DNA of 64,000 bases from Ignavibacteriota bacterium. GTDB taxonomy: Bacteria; Bacteroidota; Ignavibacteria; UBA10030; SZUA-254. Shown piece after piece: positions 30,033 to 40,667 of the stretch; position 1 is the stretch's first letter, and each line of letters begins with the position of its first letter. Position numbers and translations under genes: made by a program. The stretch spans positions 65,566 to 129,565 of the forward strand of contig JACREZ010000032.1 in NCBI GenBank assembly GCA_016212665.1. Reading direction: 5' to 3'. The notes beneath the pieces were generated by a model that was not told the origin of the DNA, searched no databases, and saw nothing but the letters and a program-made list of their open reading frames with translations.

Positions 30033-31850
30033 ATGTCTCCTTCTTCTTTTCATTCTTTCCATATTCCGGTCATGGGCTTGGCGTATACCGTGGACACGCC
30101 GCTCAAAGTAGCACGCTTCGGAATTAACTCTGTCGTTTCCATTATTGAAGATAACCTGCTGGAGGAGATGCGAAAATTTCATTGCATGCAGGCAAACGAA
30201 CAGTACATCCCCATCGGGAAGTACGAGTTCGATTGCCGTTCCCGCCGCGTGACTGAGTATTTGAATTTGTTAGAAAGAATCCTCCTCAGACAAATGGAAA
30301 AAATTAAGTCTGAACAATTTGAAGACGGGACAGATATTGTAAAGTATTTTGAACTGCTTCCCTCTTCTTCTCCACTACGCTATCTCTTCGACCAAATGAT
30401 GAACTTGGATGCAGGAGAAGAGAAATTGTTACTTCAGGAATCGCTCCGTGAAATCATTACCGCCGGTGCTATTGATGTAAACATTATGACCAAATGCGAC
30501 AGAACAAATTATTCTCAGTCGGGAGATGCATTACCCGTTGAGTATTCGGATGCGATGGCAGCCCTTCGCGGATTTGCAAACAGTCAACTTCGTTCTTCGG
30601 TTGTCTTCTCTGCGGGAATGAATCCACGCCTGTTCACCTACTGTGAAACATTCAAAGATTTTTTCCCGGATGAACATCAAAACCTGAATAAGAAAATCAC
30701 TCTGAAGGTAAGTGATTTCAGGTCAGCATTTATTCAGGGTAAATTTCTGGCAAAAAAAGGATTATGGGTTTCCGAATACAGAATCGAATCGGGTTTGAAT
30801 TGCGGCGGCCATGCATTTGCGACCGATGGTTATCTGCTCGCTCCGATATTGGACGAGTTCAAACATAAAAAAGAAGAATTAACCGCCGAACTGTTGGAGA
30901 TGTGTAACCATTCACTTCTCCAAAAAGAGATGAGAACGTTTTCGCACAAGCCAAATGTGAAAATCTCCGTTCAAGGCGGCATTGGTACAGCAAATGAACA
31001 TAATTTTCTGTTGGAACATTTTCAAGTTGACAGCGCGGGCTGGGGAAGCCCGTTTTTACTTGTGCCGGAAGTAACAAATGTTGATGAAGAAACCCTGCAC
31101 AATCTTGCTTCAGCAAAACAAGAGGATTACTACTTAAGTAACACTTCGCCTCTCGGTGTGCTGTTTAATAATTTTAGAAAGAGTTCTGCCGAACAGGAAA
31201 AAAAGAAAAGAATTGAAAACGGAAATCCCGGAAGCGCATGCTTCAATAAATATTTATCGTTCAATACTGAATTTACTGAAAAGCCCATTTGTGTTGCTTC
31301 ACGGGAATATCAGAATTTGAAAATCAATCAACTTACAGAACAACAACTTCCACCCGATGTTCTTGCAAAGCAAATAGAAAAAGTGACTGAAAAGGAATGT
31401 ATCTGCCAATACCTCGGTACATCTGCATATCTGAAAAACGAAATTCCTCCACCGCATAAAATTCAGGAAGTTACAATTTGCCCCGGACCCAATCTTGCAT
31501 ATTTCTCCAATACATTTTCATTGCGAGAAATGATTGACCACATTTACGGAAGAAAGAATATTCTCAACTCATTGCACCGACCAAATATGTTCATCAACGA
31601 GTTGAAGTTGTATGTTGATTATCTGGAAAAAGAAATTACCGATAGCATCGGTTCCGTGACGGAGAAAAAGAATAAATATTTGAAAACCTTTAAGGACAAT
31701 CTCCTTTCAGGAATTGAATATTATAAAACATTAGCGCAATCCATGATTCGGGAAACGGAACACTACCGTCAACATTTTGATGAAGCGTTAGGTAACCTCG
31801 AACAGTATTTAATGAATCTGGAAGTACCGGAGGCGTTTGTTCTAGAATAA
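30033..31850 (+). CDS. Conserved hypothetical protein, possible FMN-binding TIM barrel (nitronate monooxygenase-like)
   Basis: 605 aa; HIPVMG, ESGLNCGGHAF, QGGIG, GWGSPFL motifs. Confidence 0.7.
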   Translation: MSPSSFHSFHIPVMGLAYTVDTPLKVARFGINSVVSIIEDNLLEEMRKFHCMQANEQYIPIGKYEFDCRSRRVTEYLNLLERILLRQMEKIKSEQFEDGTDIVKYFELLPSSSPLRYLFDQMMNLDAGEEKLLLQESLREIITAGAIDVNIMTKCDRTNYSQSGDALPVEYSDAMAALRGFANSQLRSSVVFSAGMNPRLFTYCETFKDFFPDEHQNLNKKITLKVSDFRSAFIQGKFLAKKGLWVSEYRIESGLNCGGHAFATDGYLLAPILDEFKHKKEELTAELLEMCNHSLLQKEMRTFSHKPNVKISVQGGIGTANEHNFLLEHFQVDSAGWGSPFLLVPEVTNVDEETLHNLASAKQEDYYLSNTSPLGVLFNNFRKSSAEQEKKKRIENGNPGSACFNKYLSFNTEFTEKPICVASREYQNLKINQLTEQQLPPDVLAKQIEKVTEKECICQYLGTSAYLKNEIPPPHKIQEVTICPGPNLAYFSNTFSLREMIDHIYGRKNILNSLHRPNMFINELKLYVDYLEKEITDSIGSVTEKKNKYLKTFKDNLLSGIEYYKTLAQSMIRETEHYRQHFDEALGNLEQYLMNLEVPEAFVLE

Positions 31851-31854
31851 ACTA

Positions 31855-32016
31855 ACTCAAGTTGGCCGTTTAATAATAATTGCTAAGATAACTCAATATT
31901 GCCACATGACCATAAACAGTCACGCCAGTAAAATCAAGTCCAATAAAATCGGACGACATAAAACAGTCCCGTTTACGAGGCTTACTAATCATTTATGGTA
32001 ATACTACAGAAAATCG
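31855..32016. mobile_element. Degenerate copy of the MITE at 46514-46840
   Basis: actcaagttggccgtt...ataactcaa...catgacc...aaacagtccc...atcatttatggt...ctacagaaaa colinear with that element; right end decayed. Confidence 0.65.
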
Positions 32017-32179
32017 GAATAAACTAATCCTCTTTAAAGCGTCACGTTCCCCTTTCTGAGGAAACAAACATTGGAACACTATTGTTACCTTAGGGATTAT
32101 TACCAACTCATCTCGAAAGCATAACTATTCATTCTCATTAGGAACGATGGACTTCAAGAACACATGAGGGTAAGCTCAA

Positions 32180-33301
32180 CTAAATCCTTCCGACAAATCC
32201 CTCCAGACCATCTGAATAATATTCGCACTTTGGAAAGAGAAGCCGATATCGTAATTCAGCTTCGTGACCATGTTGCACAACTATTACTTTTGGTTTTAAT
32301 TCCCGAGCCTGATAGGCTCGGATAAACAAAGAACGAATCCCGATATCTTCCTGTGGTAAAGAATAACCAATTATTACCCATGTGTTTGAAGACCGAAGAA
32401 ATTCGAGGGAATGTTACCACACTTCTACAATATTTGGATTATGATTTTCCCGGACAAACGACGGGGCAATGAGAGTTGAGCGAAGTTGGCGATTGGAACA
32501 ATGGCATGTACTAAAATAATCATCGTCCTTTTTATATGCCTGATGAACAATTGATCCTTCAAAATTAATATACATATGATCACACACGTCGCAATATAAC
32601 CAGTTGATGGAGCCATGCAGTTTGTAAAATCGAACTTTTGCACTGACTGCTCTGTCATGAATTGTCCCTGGCTCCACATCTCGCCATGCAAAACCAAAAT
32701 CAAACTCGTTACTTATTTTTAGAATATTGCTTTGATAATATTCATACAATTTACTTTCAATTCCAATATCATAATTCGTTGTAATTACACCCAAGGAATT
32801 TTCTTGCAGTTGTTTTATTATCCATTGGATAAATTTTCCTGTCACGGATTTATTAGCAGGGAATAGTTTTTCATATCGTTCTTGATAAACCTGAACGATT
32901 AAAAATGATATTGCCTGGTCGAGCAATTGGCGAAATTCTGTCAATTGATATCCAGACAACCGGGATGTGAGCGATTTTTCTTCCGAAAGAGAAAAATCAA
33001 GCATGGAAAGAACTTCTGTAATTAAAGGTAAATTCTTCTCTACGTCGGACATACAAAATATTCCATCGCCGGTATATTCCTTCGATTGGTTGATTGATTC
33101 TTGAAGATATTCTAACCCCGATAACATTTCATTTAAATATCCGGAAAGGATTTCCCTTCGCCGTTGATTTTCAGTTTCTGTGTTGAATTTATTATAAAGA
33201 TTATTCTTTGATAATTCCCGTAAAATTAAAGGGAAGATTTGTGGCGTCGTCATATACCCAAATGGTACCGATGCTCCCGCGCCTAAAAATAATGCTGTCA
33301 T
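32180..33301 (-). pseudogene. SIR2-like (SIR2_2) protein interrupted by one in-frame TAA at 32414-32416
   Basis: LGAGAS, TTNYD, KLHGS, CDVC; the frame continues past the stop with WVIIGYSLPQED to TAG at 32180. Confidence 0.85.
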
Positions 33302-33421
33302 GTTGTTCCTTTTATGAATTGAGTATGATGAAATCTGTCATTTCTTGTACCGTCAAGATCTTCCGTGACGGATGATTACCCTGAAAGTTCGTGTCAAGTC
33401 GTTATACAACTCCATAATAAT

Positions 33422-34612
33422 TCAATGGTAGACACTCTCTTTATTATCATATTTCTTTAGGGTCGTTAGTAACATCATTTTTACCTCAAGCGAGGTTTCG
33501 TTTTGGTAGAATAAGTTTAACTGTCTTTTTACTCTATCGCGTACATTCTCATCGCTGTTGTTTGCAAATGAACCGAGCACGTAAACACATAATCCCTTTG
33601 CTTCGAGATCGTTCGTCCTCAAAAACTTATTATATAATGGTTTTATGGAACGAGAATCCTGTATTCGGTACAGAAACGATGCGATTTTTTTTCTTTCGAT
33701 CGCGCTTCCGGAATCGAGCAAACTCACTGCTTTGAAATAAAAATCCTGTGACAAAATATCTTTACGTGTCCCTGCCGATGTCAGTGTTCCGACCGAATCA
33801 TGTTCTGTGAGCGCCATAAGATACAATGACAATTCTTCAAAACTCTCTGAGGCAATACTATCTCTCACCGTCACTGCGATTTCTTGTAAAAAGGGAGTCT
33901 CAACATTTGAAAGTTTTGATTGTAGTTTCAGTTGTTCGAACGGGTTTTTTTTGACTTTTATATTGTCTAAGATTTTTTTCGCTTCTTCGGAAGATATGGT
34001 TTTTTCTTGTAGAAATGGTTGTGCATACGCTATATTGAAAACATCGATCGGAAAAAAACGATGCGATGTCAGTTTATTCGTTTTTTCCCGAAATAATATC
34101 TTCATCGGTATCGAACCTGCATATTCAATGAACATTGTTACACGATCGTTTTCGACATGATGTAACAAATCTTCAGCGCTAAAACGAAGTTCACCGTATG
34201 TCTCCCATCCTCCTTGACTATTGCCAAAATATTTTGCAAGAACTAACGTTTGCATCTGATTCATATCGGATTTAGGAATATGAAGTATCCATTCATAGAC
34301 AAAGACACTTCCTTTTATTTTTTTCTTGATAAACATTCCGTCACCCATCGCCTCATACTGTAATAATCCTATCGGCAACGACCTTTCATCACTCCCAATT
34401 ATTTCTCCTCTAATAACTAAATCGTCTGTTTCTGTAATTACAGGATACACGACTAAAAACAGCATGACACCAATAATCAAACCTAACAAAATAAACATGC
34501 CTTTATACACAAAGACCTTTACTTTCATCGGCATGGAAGGGAAATACTTGTCAAGAAAATTGTAAATTTTCGTTGCGTGAACATCCAACGCTTCTGTTTT
34601 ATTTTTTGCCAT
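33422..34612 (-). CDS. Membrane-anchored protein with C-terminal HEAT-like helices
   Basis: One TM near N-terminus; DSRSIKPL, CVYVLGSF; RBS before ATG 34612. Confidence 0.65.
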   Translation of the reverse strand: MAKNKTEALDVHATKIYNFLDKYFPSMPMKVKVFVYKGMFILLGLIIGVMLFLVVYPVITETDDLVIRGEIIGSDERSLPIGLLQYEAMGDGMFIKKKIKGSVFVYEWILHIPKSDMNQMQTLVLAKYFGNSQGGWETYGELRFSAEDLLHHVENDRVTMFIEYAGSIPMKILFREKTNKLTSHRFFPIDVFNIAYAQPFLQEKTISSEEAKKILDNIKVKKNPFEQLKLQSKLSNVETPFLQEIAVTVRDSIASESFEELSLYLMALTEHDSVGTLTSAGTRKDILSQDFYFKAVSLLDSGSAIERKKIASFLYRIQDSRSIKPLYNKFLRTNDLEAKGLCVYVLGSFANNSDENVRDRVKRQLNLFYQNETSLEVKMMLLTTLKKYDNKESVYH

Positions 34613-34769
34613 AACTATCCTTTCATTATTGTATGTGAATATGATGTAATATTGTTTTTTTTTCAACAGTGGTTACTGTTCGTCCCAACATTCATATTCG
34701 ATGATGTTCAAGTCTGATCACGAATTGAACTTTCTTTTGTTAGACAAATTCTGACCGCGAATGTGTTCA

Positions 34770-35276
34770 TTAGCTCAATGCATGGAGAATGAATTTTATT
34801 TTCTCTCCTCTCGACCGCAATTTCCTCAGCGACTCATCAAGCAGTTCCCCGCATTTATAGATTGCATTGTTCTTCTTTCTAATATACCGGAAAAGAAGCC
34901 CGACGGAGAGAAACATCATGGCAACCAAAAAGACAGTTAGCCGCAGGACAAAAAAGAGCGTATCAACTGCTTCAATTTGTACAGTCGTTGTTGTTGTCAC
35001 TCCACTGCCGAGGTCTTGGGTAAAGGCAGGCAGACTGAGTGTAAGGGAAAATATCCATCCTGTAAACGCAAGGACAAACAGTGCATAAAAGAAAAACTCA
35101 ATCACGATGCCGAGACTTTTCATGAGTATCCTACCAAACGCATTCTGTTTGATTGACTGATAATACTTGTCAAACGATTGAATCATTGCATCCGTCTCCG
35201 ATAATTGATTTGTGTAATCAAGCCGGATATCGGGTGGAAGTATTGTGTTATTATTTTGTTCGGGTTGTTGGGTCAT
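34770..35276 (-). CDS. Two-TM hypothetical protein
   Basis: 168 aa; 4-bp overlap with upstream gene. Confidence 0.65.
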   Translation of the reverse strand: MTQQPEQNNNTILPPDIRLDYTNQLSETDAMIQSFDKYYQSIKQNAFGRILMKSLGIVIEFFFYALFVLAFTGWIFSLTLSLPAFTQDLGSGVTTTTTVQIEAVDTLFFVLRLTVFLVAMMFLSVGLLFRYIRKKNNAIYKCGELLDESLRKLRSRGEKIKFILHALS

Positions 35277-36481
35277 GGTTGTGTTCCTTTGATTTGATAT
35301 TCATCATCAAAAACTTTCAAAACAAATTCTGTTGCAAACTCTTTCCCTTTAGGGGTTAAGATAAATAAACCACCCTGATCCTGCATGAGACCAAGTGTTT
35401 GAAAATACTGTATAGCTGTTGCTGGAATTGCAGTTCTTGGTAAGAATGGGGGATTAGAATTTTGAAGTTCTATAATTGTTTCGAAATGTTTTCTCAATTG
35501 TTGATTTGAAATAATTGTTCTAAGTTCCTTAGATAATTGTGAAGGTGTATTTTCATCTTTAATGCTTAATAATTCTTTTTCAAGTTGTATAATTTTTTCA
35601 GTAAGCTGATTATTATCGTGTTTTAATTCATGAATTTGATTAATCAATTCTTCTCTTTGGTTTTTTATGTCATTAAGTTTCAAACTCAATTCACTCTCGT
35701 TATTTAACACACGTCGAAATTCTCTATCCAATTCTTTGTACAAAGGAGATTCTTTAATATGATTATCAATATTGTTTATTCTATTACTTAAACCATTGAC
35801 TTCTTTCTTCAATGTTTCATTTTCAAAAGTAATGTTTTTGTCATGCTCAAGAAGTTGCTCATATGTTTCTTTTATTTTTTCAAATGCTGTAATCCTATCT
35901 TTTAACAAGACTATTTCTACATCTTTTGTATCAATTTCTTTTGAAAACTCTTCTTTTTGTTTTTGTAATGAAGTTTTAATCTCTAAAGTCTGCTCTAAAG
36001 TCAACAGCTTTTCTTTTTCATTCTTTAACTCTGTTATTTGATTTTCTAATACTACGATTTCTTTTTCTTTCGCATCGACAACTTTATTAAACTCTTCTTC
36101 CTGTTTTTGAATTGACTTTCTAATATCTATTGATTGTTCCAATGTCAGCAGTTGATTCTTTTCAATTTCGTTCTTAATATCCATTTGTCGTTTCTTGTGT
36201 ATTAACCAAATTTTCAAAAAGACTGTTGAGGCAAAAGGATATACCGAAACAATCAACATTGCAGAGAGTAACGGAAACAAAATTGTATTTGATATATCAA
36301 GATAATTTGCTTCAATAAACTGCAACCTATCAATGATTCTCAAACTCATATCATCATTAAACAGGTAATAAATAATTTTCCAGTTCCATGCAAACCATGA
36401 TAACACAAGAGCGCCCGAAAGGGGGCTGGATATTCTTTCGTAAAGTGTCAGTTGTATAGATTTTTTTATGTCGTCGAGCAT
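35273..36481 (-). CDS. Two-TM protein with long coiled coil and possible C-terminal winged helix
   Basis: YERISSPL...SWFAWNW N-terminus, 48-aa internal duplication, ILTPKGKEF. Confidence 0.7.
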   Translation of the reverse strand: MLDDIKKSIQLTLYERISSPLSGALVLSWFAWNWKIIYYLFNDDMSLRIIDRLQFIEANYLDISNTILFPLLSAMLIVSVYPFASTVFLKIWLIHKKRQMDIKNEIEKNQLLTLEQSIDIRKSIQKQEEEFNKVVDAKEKEIVVLENQITELKNEKEKLLTLEQTLEIKTSLQKQKEEFSKEIDTKDVEIVLLKDRITAFEKIKETYEQLLEHDKNITFENETLKKEVNGLSNRINNIDNHIKESPLYKELDREFRRVLNNESELSLKLNDIKNQREELINQIHELKHDNNQLTEKIIQLEKELLSIKDENTPSQLSKELRTIISNQQLRKHFETIIELQNSNPPFLPRTAIPATAIQYFQTLGLMQDQGGLFILTPKGKEFATEFVLKVFDDEYQIKGTQP

Positions 36482-36514
36482 AATGCTGTTCTTTCAATTA
36501 GTTTTGCATTCGTG

Positions 36515-36697
36515 TCAGGGGACCCTTCCCCCTCCCACCCCAGTCCTTTCCCTACTTTCCGCCAAAGTGGACAGGTGTATGGAAGGGGAGAGATTCATAT
36601 TATTTTTCAATTCTTGTTTCATACCATTTCATTGAGAAAATATTCAAAAGTATGTCACTCCCTTCCCTTCGGAGAATGGAAGTGCCGGGATGGGTTA
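36515..36697. repeat. REP-like C/G-rich palindromes
   Basis: cccttcccctcccacccc...ggaaggggag and ctcccttcccttcggagaatggaag...gggatggg. Confidence 0.45.
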
Positions 36698-36709
36698 CTT
36701 CATATCACC

Positions 36710-37582
36710 TCACACCTTCACCACCGCCTCAACTCCGAAGTGATCTGAAAGCCGTGTGGTAGGTGTCGTGGCAAATGGCTGCACAGATACTTTTGTACAG
36801 GAAATGTTGCGTAACAGAGTTCCTTGCCCGTTGTCCGTTGGAAAACGATTGAAGGCGAACATGTAATCGAGTCGAAGTCGGTCACCATCATCATCCGGTA
36901 TCATGTTGCTGTTCTCTTTACAATCCCACGTGTAACCCGGAATTGTAATTTTGCTTTTCTCTCTGAATAAATCTCTTGGAAATCCCAAACTTCCCTTCAT
37001 GGAATTATATTCCTGGTCTACATCACCTATGACATTCATATCTCCACAGAGCATCACCGCAATATCATTTCTCGGTTTGTCATTCTCGTTCGCATGTACA
37101 TCAAGTTGAGTCAGAGCATGTCCGATGAACCGTCGTAGTTGCCGTAGCTGTGAGACGCGTGTCTGCTGGTACTGAACCTCTGACTGAAGATGAGTATTAA
37201 ACAAGAGGAACGTGAATGGCTTTTTACCATCGGTGAATGATAGCCGTGCGCCAAAGATTCCTTTATCAGCCCAGCAATCGGTAAATGAACATTCATTGAA
37301 TTCCTTGTATCCCCAACTTTCGATTGGATGCTTTGATGCAAAGAACAACCCGCTATCTTCATTAAATAGATCATTATCATGGCATTTCGGAACTTGGTGC
37401 TTCAAGGTTCGCCCAAACCCTTCAACAAACATTTCCCTGATGTCTTCATCAAAAACTTCTTGCAAACAAATAATATCGTATTTGTTCGCATTGATGGCTT
37501 TGATAATTTTCGCGGCACGTTCTTCACCGCCGGGACCGGGAAGCATTTTAACATTGAACGTGAGAATTTTAAGTGTCGGCAT
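36710..37582 (-). CDS. Endonuclease/exonuclease/phosphatase family, sphingomyelinase-like
   Basis: LTFNV, CLQEVF, DSGL, NTHLQS, GDMN, RLDY, SDHFGV. Confidence 0.85.
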   Translation of the reverse strand: MPTLKILTFNVKMLPGPGGEERAAKIIKAINANKYDIICLQEVFDEDIREMFVEGFGRTLKHQVPKCHDNDLFNEDSGLFFASKHPIESWGYKEFNECSFTDCWADKGIFGARLSFTDGKKPFTFLLFNTHLQSEVQYQQTRVSQLRQLRRFIGHALTQLDVHANENDKPRNDIAVMLCGDMNVIGDVDQEYNSMKGSLGFPRDLFREKSKITIPGYTWDCKENSNMIPDDDGDRLRLDYMFAFNRFPTDNGQGTLLRNISCTKVSVQPFATTPTTRLSDHFGVEAVVKV

Positions 37583-37630
37583 AATTGTTCCTTTTGTTTA
37601 AATGAGAGAGAAAGATAAATAGATGAGGAA

Positions 37631-38431
37631 TTAACTTTTGATACATTGACGAAGTTTACGTTCATTTATTGTTGGACTCTTCCAAATCATTTCCAACTTT
37701 GACCGTAGGAACGCATCAGGTTCGAGTAATGTTTTTTCGAAGAGGAATAACACCCGCTTTTTCACTGTTCTTATATCCAGATGTGAACCAAAACTTTTTA
37801 TACAATAATAAATAAGTTCTGAACATGATAACGAATGAAAATTCTCAAAATCAAACTTAAAGTCATATTCTTTGCCCAGACATCCTAACGCAATTCGTTT
37901 GACGATGGGAAAAACATCTTGGAACGGCACACTAACTCCCGACTTGAGTTTTGTTACAATGTCTATTTCTTCGTTTGAAAATTCCTTTTGAGGGACGAGC
38001 GGGAGAGTTATTCTTGCATCGGGTTTGATATAATCAGGGAATCTCATAATTGCCATATAATCACACCGGCAGAAATTCAAAACATCTTCTACGAATACGC
38101 CTTCAGCCATCGAATGGATAACCATTTGCTCTCCTGCCTGAAAGACCTGTTCCCCTTTTTCATTCGTTACATGTCGGGCGTCTTCAGGAAGAATCCTCCC
38201 CACATATAATCCCGCGTGACTAAAATAGCCGGGAATAAAATAACCATCGAGATAATTCTTAAATCCTCGAAGGAGGATATCGCCGGGTTTCACTAAATTG
38301 ATGACACACCTGATATCTTTTCCCTTGATAAGATAACCTCCGGGATCGTATAAAAGAAAAAGGGGCCATTTGAAAATTTTTATATCTCCAAATACAGTCA
38401 AAAATTTTTCAAATAATGTTTTTTTATTCAT
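37631..38431 (-). CDS. Permuted papain-like NlpC/P60 (YiiX/YebB family) hydrolase
   Basis: PGDILL, FSHAGLY, YDFKF, LSCSELI. Confidence 0.82.
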   Translation of the reverse strand: MNKKTLFEKFLTVFGDIKIFKWPLFLLYDPGGYLIKGKDIRCVINLVKPGDILLRGFKNYLDGYFIPGYFSHAGLYVGRILPEDARHVTNEKGEQVFQAGEQMVIHSMAEGVFVEDVLNFCRCDYMAIMRFPDYIKPDARITLPLVPQKEFSNEEIDIVTKLKSGVSVPFQDVFPIVKRIALGCLGKEYDFKFDFENFHSLSCSELIYYCIKSFGSHLDIRTVKKRVLFLFEKTLLEPDAFLRSKLEMIWKSPTINERKLRQCIKS

Positions 38432-38446
38432 CGTGGTTCCTTTTTC

Positions 38447-39859
38447 CTACGCTTGATCATGTACTATGTGCAACTCGTTTCGGATTGAATCCGGAAGTAA
38501 TGATGGATCAACCCAGCGTGTTCTTTCATCCAATGGACGGAGGAATGGATCATGCTTTGAAGAAACAACCTTAGCGTTCTCAATTGTGATCTCCCGACAA
38601 TCATGCAAATCAATTTCAAACTGACGTCGTACGTGTTCTGCAAATTCTTGATTATAGATAATGACATTACTCTCTGTATGATAAAACGTTGAACCAGATG
38701 CGATATTGTAAGAACCGACAGAAGCAACAACATCATCAATCACCAAATTCTTTGAATGAAACGCTCCCGGTTTCTGCCATTCAAACACTTTGACGCCATT
38801 TTGAATCAGGCGACGAAAATGATTGCTGCTTTCCCAGTACATCCATCCCATCAACCCGTTGAGCATCAATGTACGTGATGCTTTCCGGGAATTTGTGATG
38901 AGCCTGACTTCAACGCCCCGTTGTACTGCATCGGCAAGTGCTTCGGCAATAATCCGTGGCGGACGAATACCATGACATCCCCAAAAAATGTAATGCCGTG
39001 CAGCGCGAAACATCTGCAAATACGCATTCGTGATTGGCAATCGTTGTTCATCGTATGGTTTGTGAGAGATGTAACGTACACGATACGGACCAGTAGAATT
39101 CAACATCGGAAATAGCACCGTTGATTGTTTGTTGATGAATTCGGATTCCATGTTACGAACGTTCTCGTAGAGTTTTTCAAGTGACGTATCACACTTGTAC
39201 TTTCCTTGCGCCATGGCACGGTAAAGAAAAAAGTCTTTGATGAATCGTCGTTGAATATCTGACACGATTGGTCCGGCGAGGTAAACGTCTGTATCCCTCC
39301 ATGCTTTTACCTCGATTCCACCATACGCATATTTGTTTCCCCAGTTGATGCCACCGAGTATCGCTTCCCGCCCATCTATCACCATATACTTTTCATGAAA
39401 ATGTCTTCGAAGCTTTGTTTTTAGATTTTTTTTAAATTGAAGAAAAGGATGAGAAGATTTCAAATCCGGCATAAGGTTGCGAAACATGCTATGGTAACGG
39501 ATTGATTCTGCACCTCCTTTCACCATGGAACGGAGGATTCCACCGCTAAAGGTACTGTACATCACTCCATCATCGAAGATGAGTCGCGCATTAACAGATT
39601 CCTTTTCTTTTTTTACTATCATATCCCGAAGACGATAACTTGTTTCATCTCGCATCAGAGAAAAGGCAACGATGTGAATGGTATTTGTTGCATTCTCAAT
39701 AAGTTCCCATCTTTTTTGATATGATTCTACACCGCTCGGCAACAATGTAACAGCATTTCCTTCTCGAATAACAGTATGTGTCAACCTGTCTGTTTCTCTT
39801 TCGAACTCAGGACTGAGGATTGGATGACCTCTGCTGATATGCAATGCGATGTCGTACAT
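38447..39859 (-). CDS. Phospholipase D / cardiolipin synthase-like protein
   Basis: Two HKD motifs HEKYMVID and HSKNLVID; GGIN, WRDTD, GSYN. Confidence 0.88.
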   Translation of the reverse strand: MYDIALHISRGHPILSPEFERETDRLTHTVIREGNAVTLLPSGVESYQKRWELIENATNTIHIVAFSLMRDETSYRLRDMIVKKEKESVNARLIFDDGVMYSTFSGGILRSMVKGGAESIRYHSMFRNLMPDLKSSHPFLQFKKNLKTKLRRHFHEKYMVIDGREAILGGINWGNKYAYGGIEVKAWRDTDVYLAGPIVSDIQRRFIKDFFLYRAMAQGKYKCDTSLEKLYENVRNMESEFINKQSTVLFPMLNSTGPYRVRYISHKPYDEQRLPITNAYLQMFRAARHYIFWGCHGIRPPRIIAEALADAVQRGVEVRLITNSRKASRTLMLNGLMGWMYWESSNHFRRLIQNGVKVFEWQKPGAFHSKNLVIDDVVASVGSYNIASGSTFYHTESNVIIYNQEFAEHVRRQFEIDLHDCREITIENAKVVSSKHDPFLRPLDERTRWVDPSLLPDSIRNELHIVHDQA

Positions 39860-39861
39860 GG

Positions 39862-40632
39862 TTAAATAACACCCCGATTACTGAGTATAAGAAGATCTAA
39901 AAATACATTGAGAAGCCAATGCGCAAGAAACACGTACCAAAGTGAATTCACTCGAAGCGCTACAGCAGCAACTGCAATTCCCCACACAGGAGTCCCGACA
40001 AGTTCTGTCGCGGGTTTCGGGAGATGCCATGCGGTGTACGATAACATCTGAATAAGAATGGCATACCGACCGAATCGTTCTTTCAATCCGAACAGGAGAT
40101 ACCCGCGAAAGGTAAACTCGATAATAAAAAAGAACGAGGCATAGAGTAGTTCATACATAAGAAATACGTTCCATCGGAAATGTTGTTTGATCTGGTCCGT
40201 GTTCAATCCGCGATAGATGAGCGGATATTCTTTCCACATGTCCTGCTTCATCGATCCGAAGTAAAACAACGGAAGAGAAATTCCCACGATTACGAGAAAC
40301 GTCATCCAACCCCATCGCGTATCACCAATTCCTAAACCGTAATCAACGAAACGCCCATGGAACCTGAAGTGGATGAGAAGAAAAGGAATGAGAACTAACA
40401 AGAGTAAACCGATGCTGTAGGAAACAAGTTGAAGTTGAAATGCTCTATCGGCTTGATCGGGCATTAACCACTGGTTGAACAATGGTAACAGGATGGTATC
40501 GCCTTTCGGACCCCAAACCACCAACAGTAGAAAACTACTTAACAGAATAATCCCTTCTTTTGTTTTGAAATGTTTTAGAGTATCACCAATTATTTGAAAT
40601 ACTTTTTCCACATCAGGTTCTTGTGAAGTCAT
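39862..40632 (-). CDS. CPBP (Abi/CAAX) family intramembrane metalloprotease
   Basis: EFTFRG, WHLPK, AHWLLN; multiple TMs. Confidence 0.82.
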   Translation of the reverse strand: MTSQEPDVEKVFQIIGDTLKHFKTKEGIILLSSFLLLVVWGPKGDTILLPLFNQWLMPDQADRAFQLQLVSYSIGLLLLVLIPFLLIHFRFHGRFVDYGLGIGDTRWGWMTFLVIVGISLPLFYFGSMKQDMWKEYPLIYRGLNTDQIKQHFRWNVFLMYELLYASFFFIIEFTFRGYLLFGLKERFGRYAILIQMLSYTAWHLPKPATELVGTPVWGIAVAAVALRVNSLWYVFLAHWLLNVFLDLLILSNRGVI

Positions 40633-40667
40633 AATATTTATTCCTTTTTAGATTTACATTCTTCTCG

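Noticed and set aside
32414-32416. Programmed readthrough or alternative genetic code
   Set aside because: TAA, TAG and TGA all terminate conserved genes here; isolated nonsense mutations or errors are simpler.
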